Assembly (NCBI GenBank): GCA_965238075.1
Contig: OZ250173.1
Location: 3,200,001-3,264,000, forward strand
Direction of reading: 5' to 3'
Length of the DNA: 64,000 nucleotides
Source of the DNA: Candidatus Entotheonellaceae bacterium
GTDB lineage: Bacteria > Tectomicrobia > Entotheonellia > Entotheonellales > Entotheonellaceae
The notes beneath the pieces were generated by a model. That model worked only from the letters and a program-made list of their open reading frames with translations, did not search any database and had not been told where the DNA came from. The translations under genes were made by a program, and so were the position numbers. Shown here piece by piece: positions 56,291-64,000 of the stretch. Within the stretch, counting starts at the first letter, position 1. Each line of letters begins with the position of its first letter.

Positions 56291-57817
56291 ATGAGCCAGA
56301 CCGTCGCGGGATACTCCGCCACTTCGGCGCGCTGCCGGGGCTGGCTGCGTTATTTGTACCGCAAGGCCACCACGCCGGACGATTGGAGCAAGGAGGGGCG
56401 GCCGCACCCGCATTGGGATGCGGTCAGCAACGAGCCGACGCTGTCGTGGCACCGTTTCGACCTGATCGAGTCGAGCTATGCGGTCGCTCTGATGGCCGAC
56501 GCCACGCCCGCCTGGCGCGAGGTTTACAGCCGTGTGCTGGATGAGTTGATCCATCGCCACACCGGTTACTGGGCGGCCAAGGACTGGCTGGAACAGATCG
56601 GCCCCGACCCGCGGCGGGCGTCGTACCCCGAGGCGTGGTACGCGTATTACATGGCTCCGGAACTGCGCGGCAACTACGACGTGCCGGGCTGGACGGCCAA
56701 CGGCGTCGAGCCGTGGGGACTGCAGATGGATCCCATCGGCGCCGACGGCAATCTGTTTTTCAAAGGCTTCTTTCTGTTGATGCTCGGGCTGCACCGGTAC
56801 GTTTCGGGAGACGGCAAGTGGGAGCAGCCGTTCGAGATGATCCGCGACGGGGCCCATACGTTCACGTGGTCGCACCGCGCGATCGCCGAATTACTGGCCG
56901 ATCAGTGGGGCCCGCGGCACGAGGGGTGTCACTGCGAGAACACCAAAATCTGGCCCGTTTGACTGAGCGCCGCCGGCCTCGGTCTGGGGCTTTTCGACAC
57001 GCTTTTCGGCACCGGTTTGCATGGGGTGTTCGAGCATTGGTGGTCGCACGCCGAAACGCATTACGTGGGGCTGCGGGACGGCAAGCTGGGCGGCACCCTG
57101 ACCCTGTATTACGACCCCATCCTGCGTTACGACCACCGCCGCGGTCCCGAAAGCGCCCTGATGATGGCGGTCTACCTCGCGCCGCAGAAGCCTGAAGTGG
57201 CGGAGCTGATTTTCGCCGCCGCCGCCGCACGCCTCGGCTGGACGACCGACGCCCCGCTGCGCGAGCCGCGCGGCAATCCCCGTTTTACCTTGTGGGGCCT
57301 CATTCTGGCCCGCGAGTTTGGTGAAGGCGCTATCTACGACAAGCTCGCAGCCCATTGCGAAACGCACCACGAGCCCACCTGGAATGGCGCTGCCGGCGAG
57401 TTCACCTGGGGGTTCGGACTCAACGAGTCCCATCCGCGCGGTCAATTCAACGCCACCCGGATGATGGCCGAAGCTCTGTCGGAGGGCGCCTGGCGGCGGC
57501 TGTTCAACGCGTCCAACTTCCGCAAATTCGAAGAGCCTACGGTGTATGGCGTCGATTTCCCGACCGTCTGCCTCTCGCAGGCCCGCTATGAAGCTGGCCG
57601 CGGCCGCCTCGTTATCGCCACCGACGCCGGCCGGCCCCACGCTGCCGGCCAGCCGACGGCATTCCGCGTCGCCAACATCGACCCCGCTTCGTGCCAAGTC
57701 GAAATCGACGGCCGTCTATCCGACGCCTGCCGCATCGTTGAGGGCGACCTGGAGATTACCACCACCGTCGCGGAGCACGTCATCCTGGTCACGCATGAGG
57801 CCGGTGGCCTTACGTAA
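56291..57817 (+). CDS. Linalool dehydratase/isomerase-like protein, putative selenoprotein (UGA at codon 224)
   Basis: Two track ORFs in the same frame separated only by TGA 56960-56962; LDI-like DPIG..GNLFFKG..LMLGL..VSG and CENTKIWPV-U. Confidence 0.78.
56975..56991 (+). promoter_or_regulatory. Putative bacterial SECIS element
   Basis: GGCCUC-GGUCU-GGGGCU hairpin starting 12 nt after the UGA. Confidence 0.62.
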
Positions 57818-57881
57818 GTCGGGTGTAATACGGCATTCCAATTCAGATGCAAGCCATGTTCTGGTCACGCGTTCGGGGAGT

Positions 57882-58258
57882 ATGTAATTAAGGCAATCTC
57901 TGTGATTGCCGTGTCTGTCTGTGTGGGTTTTCTGCTGAACGGATTCGCCGTGGCCGAGGAGAAATCGACCGATGCCATCGTTTCGGATCACATGGTCGCG
58001 GAGGCGATGCTGACGGCCCATTTCATCGTCGCCGCACTCAAGGCCGGGATGAGTACTGACGACATCAATGCCGTGCTGGCCAAGGTGGCGGCGCAAACGG
58101 TGATTTCGGAGTTCTGGATCAGTGACGAAACGGGCCGCATCGTCTTCAGCGATATCCAGGGGGCGCCGTCTGCAGAGTTCCTGAGCGGCGACAAGACGGT
58201 TGTCGTCCAAGGTGTAGAGCCGCGCGAACTAGATGCCGCTCCCCGAAGAACGCATTGA
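57882..58258 (+). pseudogene. Degenerate secreted protein (Cache-like fragment)
   Basis: GGGGAG RBS then ATG-TAA; signal-like stretch; EFWISDETGRIVF; appears truncated. Confidence 0.4.
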
Positions 58259-58409
58259 GACACTGGTCGTGGCCATATGAGAGGATTTGTGCAGCCTGGG
58301 CTGCGGTTCTTTTCGTGCCAAGCGTGTGGTAGGATGCCGCCCATTAAGTTCGGGTTAGGGTATAATCCGGCTTCAGAAGGTCGAGGCACAAGCAAGGGGG
58401 GAGGAAATC

Positions 58410-59765
58410 ATGGCTGGTCAGCGTCCATCGCCATTGCTCAGCGCGGCCATGCCGCGCCGTCGTTTTCTGCACACGCTCGGCGCCGCGGGCGGGGTGGCAC
58501 TGCTGGGGTCCGCCGGCATGCCGCAGCGGGTGTACGCCCGCAAGGGCACGATTCGCATTTTCAACAACGAGACGGACCCCGACACCATTGCCTTCCTGAA
58601 AGCAATGGCCAAGACCTACCGGGCCGAAACCGGCGTGCGGGTGAAGATCGAAACCGTGCCGGTGATGCAGACGGTTACCAAGGTGACCACCGCCATCAAG
58701 GCTGGTAAACCGTACGACTTCCTCATCTACTTTACCAACCTGGCCATCCTGCTGGCCGAGGAGGGCCAGCTCGTCCCCCTTACCGACATCATTCGCGAAG
58801 TTGGCGAGGCGGATTTCGGGCCGCGCGCCCTGCGCTTGTTCCAGGACAACTACTGGCTCTACCCCTACGATTACAACTTCAACTACCTGCTCTACCGAAA
58901 AGACTTGTTCGCCGAGAAGGGCTTGGCGGTGCCCAACGACTGGGACGAGTTTCTGGAAGTGCTCCGCGCCCTCAACGACCCGGCCAGCAAGCGTTACGCC
59001 ATCACCCTGCCTTTCGGCGGGTTACACACCAATTGGGGCAACACGGCATTCCTGTGGGCTGCCGGGGTGCAGTTTTACGACAACGAGTGGAACGTCACGC
59101 TGGATTCCGACGACATCAAGCCGCGGGCTATCCGAACGCTTGAATTCCTCGTCGAGGTGGCGAAATACACGCCGCCGGGACCGATGGAAACGAGCCTGAA
59201 GGACATGCTGATCAACTTCTCGTCCGGCCTGTCGGCGATCACCTCTTACACCGGCCGCGCCATCCACACCATTGAAGACCGCAATCCGGAACTGGCCGAC
59301 AAATACGGCATCATGTCCTATCCGGGGCCCGACGGCGGGCGCCGGGCGGTGACGTACGGGGACGACGGCTTCTCCATCGGCAAGACGGAAAATTCCGAAT
59401 TGACGGTGGATTTTTTCCGCTGGTTCCTCGCCACCGATCGCCTGATTGATTATCAGCTCACGGTACCGCTGCATTACCAGCCGACGCAGTTCTCCACCTA
59501 CGAGAACGAGAAATGGCGCAGCCACCCGCTGATCGAGAAGCACTGGGAAGCCATTGAAACGATGCGCGGATTCATGAACACGGATACGACGCTGGCAGGC
59601 TCCATCGATTTTCAGGGCCCCAAACCGTCGCCGAACCATGCACGCCTCGCGATAGCCGGCGTCATTCCCAAGATGTACCAGCGGGTGCTGATGAAACGCA
59701 TGACCCCGAGCGAGGCCGTGGACGCCGCGGCCGAGGAAATCCGAGGCTTTACCACGAGGAGCTGA
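58410..59765 (+). CDS. Carbohydrate-type ABC substrate-binding protein, Tat signal
   Basis: PRRRFL; LLYRKDLFAEKGLAVPNDWDEF. Confidence 0.9.
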   Translation: MAGQRPSPLLSAAMPRRRFLHTLGAAGGVALLGSAGMPQRVYARKGTIRIFNNETDPDTIAFLKAMAKTYRAETGVRVKIETVPVMQTVTKVTTAIKAGKPYDFLIYFTNLAILLAEEGQLVPLTDIIREVGEADFGPRALRLFQDNYWLYPYDYNFNYLLYRKDLFAEKGLAVPNDWDEFLEVLRALNDPASKRYAITLPFGGLHTNWGNTAFLWAAGVQFYDNEWNVTLDSDDIKPRAIRTLEFLVEVAKYTPPGPMETSLKDMLINFSSGLSAITSYTGRAIHTIEDRNPELADKYGIMSYPGPDGGRRAVTYGDDGFSIGKTENSELTVDFFRWFLATDRLIDYQLTVPLHYQPTQFSTYENEKWRSHPLIEKHWEAIETMRGFMNTDTTLAGSIDFQGPKPSPNHARLAIAGVIPKMYQRVLMKRMTPSEAVDAAAEEIRGFTTRS

Positions 59766-59769
59766 GGCC

Positions 59770-60705
59770 ATGGTTACCCTGCGCCGCACGGCTTCGGTGG
59801 CGCTGCCAGCGCCGCGAGAGGTCTCCCGCGCCGGCCCCTTGGAGCGGCGCGACCGCAAGATCTTTCTCGCCTTCCTGGCGCCCGGCATGCTGCTCGGCAT
59901 CGGGGCGCTGTTCATCCCCGTCATCTACGCCATCCAACTGAGTTTTTTCCACGCCGAAAGCTTTATCGACGAGCCGACGTTCGTCGGGCTGGCCAACTAC
60001 ATCCGGGTGTTTTCCGAGCCGCGTTATTGGCAGGCCTTCTGGCACGGGGTGTTCTACGCCGTAACCACGGTCGCCCTGCAGGTGGTTATCGGCATCGCTA
60101 TCGCGTTGCTTCTGCACCAGGAATTTCGCGGCCGCAACTGGCTGCGCAGCGCCGCGCTGGCACCGTACATCCTGCCGACCGTCGTGGTGGTGTACATCTG
60201 GAAGTGGCTCCTCAACATCAACTACGGCATCTTCAACGTTTTCCTGGAGAACGTCGGCGTCGGCCCCATTGCCTGGTTCAGCTCGCCGGTGGCGGCCTGG
60301 TTTTCCATCATTTTCGTCAGCGTGTGGTACTGGACGCCGTTCGTCACCATCACCTTCCTGGCGGCGCTGCAGACCATCTCTGACGATCTGTACGACGCCG
60401 CGGCGGTGGACGGCGCCAATGCCTGGAAGCGCCTCATTCACATCACCCTGCCGGTACTCAAGCCGGTGCTGATCGTCATCGTCATGCTGCGCACCATTTT
60501 CATGTTCAACAAATTCGACATCGTGTGGCTGATGACCAACGGCGGCCCGCTCACCACCACCGAGCACCTGCCCATTCTGGCTTACGTCAAGACCTTCGAC
60601 ATGTTCGACATCGGCGGCGGCACCGCCATCGCCACGTCGATCTTCGTGTTCCTGGCCCTACTGATCTGGATTTACTTCTGGATGTTTCCGCTGGAGGAGC
60701 ACTAA
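59770..60705 (+). CDS. Carbohydrate ABC permease
   Basis: FVGLANY and LYDAAAVDGANAWKRLIHITLP. Confidence 0.93.
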   Translation: MVTLRRTASVALPAPREVSRAGPLERRDRKIFLAFLAPGMLLGIGALFIPVIYAIQLSFFHAESFIDEPTFVGLANYIRVFSEPRYWQAFWHGVFYAVTTVALQVVIGIAIALLLHQEFRGRNWLRSAALAPYILPTVVVVYIWKWLLNINYGIFNVFLENVGVGPIAWFSSPVAAWFSIIFVSVWYWTPFVTITFLAALQTISDDLYDAAAVDGANAWKRLIHITLPVLKPVLIVIVMLRTIFMFNKFDIVWLMTNGGPLTTTEHLPILAYVKTFDMFDIGGGTAIATSIFVFLALLIWIYFWMFPLEEH

Positions 60706-61539
60706 ATGCGCAAAACGAAATGGGGTTTGATCCGCCGCGTTTTCCTGTTGCTCCTCTTCATTGCGGTGACCCTCTACTCGCTGTTTCCGATGTACTGGAT
60801 GGTGGTTTCCGGCCTGCGCGCCGGGCGCTCGCTGTTCGAGCCGCTGCTGCTGCCGGGGCCGTATTCGTGGCAGGGCTACAAGACCATCCTCAGCCTGACG
60901 GACTTCCCGACGTATTACGTCAACAGCATTCTCATCGCCATCGGCACCACCGTGCTGACCGTGGCGGTGGTGACGCCGATGGCCTACGCCCTGGTGCGCA
61001 GCCGCCTGCCGGGCATGATGCTCATGGTGCGGGCCATGCTTTTCGCGTACATGTTCCCTGCCCTGCTGCTGGCTATTCCGATTTACATCTTCCTGGTGAA
61101 GATCGGCCTCGACGACACGCGCCTGAGCCTCATTCTGACGCACAGCACCTTTACGCTGCCGCTCGGTGTGTGGCTGATGTGGGGATTCTTCAAGAACTTC
61201 CCGTTCGAGGTGGAGGAGTCGGCTTTCATCGACGGCTGTTCGCGCCTGCAGGCCATCTACCGCATCATCATGCCCCTCACCTTGCCCGGCGTGCTGACGG
61301 TCGTGCTGTTCGCCTTCGTGCTGTCGTGGTCGGATTTCGTCTTCTCGCTCATCCTCATCACCTCGGATGAACTGAAGACCCTACCCTACGGCCTCGCCTC
61401 GATCGACGACGCTTATGACGCGAACTGGGGGGAATTGATGGCGGGTTCGACCATGATCTGCCTGCCCCTGCTGGCGCTGTTCGCTTTCCTCAGCCGCTAC
61501 TTCATCCGCGGCCTCAGCATGGGGGCGGTGAAGAGCTGA
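60706..61539 (+). CDS. Carbohydrate ABC permease
   Basis: EESAFIDGCS..IIMPL and FIRGLSMGAVK. Confidence 0.93.
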   Translation: MRKTKWGLIRRVFLLLLFIAVTLYSLFPMYWMVVSGLRAGRSLFEPLLLPGPYSWQGYKTILSLTDFPTYYVNSILIAIGTTVLTVAVVTPMAYALVRSRLPGMMLMVRAMLFAYMFPALLLAIPIYIFLVKIGLDDTRLSLILTHSTFTLPLGVWLMWGFFKNFPFEVEESAFIDGCSRLQAIYRIIMPLTLPGVLTVVLFAFVLSWSDFVFSLILITSDELKTLPYGLASIDDAYDANWGELMAGSTMICLPLLALFAFLSRYFIRGLSMGAVKS

Positions 61540-61793
61540 CAGTAGACCAAATGCCGTCGTCAGAGCGGTTACCCCGCGGCCAGCTTGCCAAGGCATGGGA
61601 GGAGGTCGGTCTGGATATCAGAGCGATTTTCGTCCCATTTGATCCGCAGATCACCTGCAGCACGTCTCTGCCCGAAGTAGTGCGCCGGCAAGGGAGATTT
61701 GAAACTGAGCAATTACCTGCCGTACACCAGATTTGACAGTAGCTCTGGTTTGCGGTACGGCAAAGTTGGAATTCCCGAAGGAGAACCAGGACA

Positions 61794-62625
61794 ATGCTTC
61801 GTCAATTGTGGAAGTTTGTTTTCGGCCCTGTCTGTTTACTGGTGTTGACAGTTTCCGCGGCGAGTGCGGAGATCGGGTTGACTTATGGTGTGGTCAGTAT
61901 TGGGAAACTGCCACAACCGCAAGTCTCGCCTTCAGTGGTCTATCTTGATGTGCCGCACATATACCAGGGCCGCCGCCCTTGGTGTGTGCCAACGTCAGTC
62001 TCCATGGTACTTCGATATTTTGGCAAGAATGTCAAACCCGCCGACCTCAAGCATCGCGCTGAGTCTTACAAGCCGAAAAATAAACGCAATCGGGATTTCA
62101 CATATTGGATCGATATGAAAATCGCCTTGCAGTCAATTGGGCGGCCTTGGACAATTCGAGACTATCTAAAAACGGAATCTGGTTTCAGGCGAGGTTTGAA
62201 CGATATTCGCCGATCACTCCGTCGTGGCTGGCCAGTTTTGATAGAAGTTCATCTTGGTGAGCAGGGCGACATGGGTCGGGCCTGGCCTTATTGATAATCC
62301 CAGGCCGTCAATTGGGCGGCCTTGGACAGATTCGAGACTAGTTCTAAAAACGGAATCTGGTTTCAGTGGGGCGATGGCGCCGGTTTGAACGATATTCGCC
62401 GGATCACTCCGTCGTGGCTGGCCAGTTTTGATAGAAGTTCATCTTGGTGAGGGGCACACATTTGTTGTTGCGGGATTTAATGATGAAGATGAGGTGATTT
62501 ATATCCGGGACCCGCTACTGACATCAAGACGACGGGCGCGAATATTGACATATGCGGATTTGCGCAGAAATTGGCACAACCATCGCTTTGGGAATTCCCG
62601 CAGTGCATTCTTCTCGTCGCCGTAG
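61794..62625 (+). pseudogene. Secreted C39-like (papain-fold) peptidase interrupted by an imperfect duplication
   Basis: Q..WCVPTSVSMVL, GHTFVVAGF and IRDP; 62132-62261 recurs at 62307-62451. Confidence 0.75.
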
Positions 62626-62830
62626 AACCTGCTGGGCGATTCAAGCTGTCAGTTGGTTCTTCGCCAGAGGGTCCTGCCTGGCGTCCAGAGCGGCGTCGCG
62701 ATTCTCGACATCGAAAAAGCCCAGCGGACCCATGTTCAACTCCTCTGGCCTTGTTTAATAATGCGGTTCAACGATGCTAAGTGTGGAAGACGAGGTAACA
62801 ATGAGCACCGACCCATGATAAGGGGGACCG

Positions 62831-63397
62831 ATGATGAAATGGAAGATATGTCATACGGTTTCGGCAGGGGTGGCGCTCGCAGTGGTGCTGCTGGCCGGGC
62901 AGGCCCAGGCTGCCTGCAGCGGCGGCCAGAGGACCAGTCACCACGATGCCGACTGCCTGGACGCTGATTGGAGCAACCGTAGTGTTCCGATCAGGGGTAA
63001 AGCCACAGTCCAGAACAAGTGCTCGGACATCGGAACGGTCGTCGCAAAGATCGACAGAATAGCTGGCTCGGACTGGACATGGCATTTGACCATCGGCGAG
63101 GAGAGGAGTAAAAGCAGCGGTTACAAGATCAGGGGGATTTACTGCTGCAAGGATCTCAGCGAAATCTGCGACACATCGGAATTAAGCGACGTCGAGTGCG
63201 CCAAAAGGTACCGGTCCAGCCCCGCGGATGATACATGCCAGTGGCCAACGGCCGGCTATGAAAGCCCCAAGTATTGCAAGATCGAGGCGACGTGTGAGAC
63301 AGGGAATGGGCTCGTGAGGACGAGCATCACCGTGGACTACGCCGACACCGATGATCTCCGCAACTGTGATGGCACTCTGCAAGTCGACGAGTGTTGA
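62831..63397 (+). CDS. Secreted cysteine-rich protein
   Basis: AGGGGG RBS; signal peptide ending AQA; 12 Cys in the mature part. Confidence 0.8.
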   Translation: MMKWKICHTVSAGVALAVVLLAGQAQAACSGGQRTSHHDADCLDADWSNRSVPIRGKATVQNKCSDIGTVVAKIDRIAGSDWTWHLTIGEERSKSSGYKIRGIYCCKDLSEICDTSELSDVECAKRYRSSPADDTCQWPTAGYESPKYCKIEATCETGNGLVRTSITVDYADTDDLRNCDGTLQVDEC

Positions 63398-63891
63398 CGG
63401 ACCCGGAATTCCGCGGCGTCCTCGTTTTGACGCCGGCGGCCCCATGATGCAGACCCGAATCCGCCTCCGATATGGGATCGAGAGCGTAGCGCCCTTGGCG
63501 AGGCCAAGACGCCCTCGATCCTGCAAGGCAGGGGTCGCGTCGCCAGGAACGCTTCCATCGGGCCCCTGCGTAACATCCCTGAGTAAGTCGAATGGCGGGA
63601 CATACAGCCGGCGAACAGCGGCGTGACGAAGGACGGCCGCTGATAGGGCCGCCAGTTTCCGGCGAGAATCCGGCCGACGCCTAATTCGGGATTGCCTTCG
63701 TTCCACGGATCCAGAGGTGGGTTGACGGGCCGGTTGTTCGCTTCGTTCGAGCCGTCCGTCAGGCGGCGGTCGATCTACTGTGCGTTCACTTTGACACCAA
63801 GAATCTTTGTAGGGGTTTGGTCAGTTCTGACCGAAACGGTTTCACGGGCATGTCAATTCCGAACAATACCGGATCTCGGACGAAACGCACA

Positions 63892-64000
63892 TTAAAACGC
63901 TAGAACCTTCTTCGGATTGTCGATCAGAATTTTGCTGACCACCCGCTTTGTAATCCCCGCCTCGTTCAGCTTTGGCACCACCTCAGAGAGAATCAGCGTC
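63892..64000 (-). CDS. C-terminus of a phosphotriesterase-family amidohydrolase (partial)
   Basis: Not in ORF track; ..LSEVVPKLNEAGITKRVVSKILIDNPKKVLAF*. Confidence 0.65.
   Translation of the reverse strand, partial: TLILSEVVPKLNEAGITKRVVSKILIDNPKKVLAF

Noticed and set aside
62132-62451. Diversity-generating retroelement TR/VR pair
   Set aside because: Copies differ by insertions rather than A-to-N substitutions, and no reverse transcriptase is present
63400-63890. ORFs between the Cys-rich gene and the phosphotriesterase end
   Set aside because: No family motifs; conflicting frames
1-64000. CRISPR array, rRNA, tRNA (including selC) or intact IS
   Set aside because: None recognised by eye; repeats are dispersed rather than regularly spaced. 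A tRNAscan-SE or Infernal run would be needed to exclude small RNAs

Overview
High-GC bacterial window densely packed with metabolic genes. It carries SDRs, two LLM-class monooxygenases, a PQQ alcohol dehydrogenase with a cytochrome c, a sulfite/nitrite reductase, acyl-CoA enzymes, two ABC importers lacking ATPases and an MFS pump. It also has GTAG- and CGTC-type palindromic repeats and decayed Rpn, MazF and Uma2 genes. The gene style resembles Candidatus Tectomicrobia-like sponge symbionts, but this is an impression only. The strongest finding is a linalool dehydratase/isomerase-like gene (56291-57817) whose single in-frame TGA falls on a catalytic Cys position and is followed by an fdhF-like SECIS hairpin, making it a candidate new selenoenzyme. 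The second is an unannotated Cys-rich leader peptide with a 1:2 / 2:3 / 3:4 attenuator upstream of the sulfite reductase. Other notable items are a lanthanide-type PQQ dehydrogenase, a secreted granulin-like peptide beside a subtilase, and a possible organosulfonate cluster. Several frameshifts and one noisy duplication suggest some assembly error, so disrupted genes, including the TGA, need read-level checks. All family calls come from motif recognition; no searches were run.
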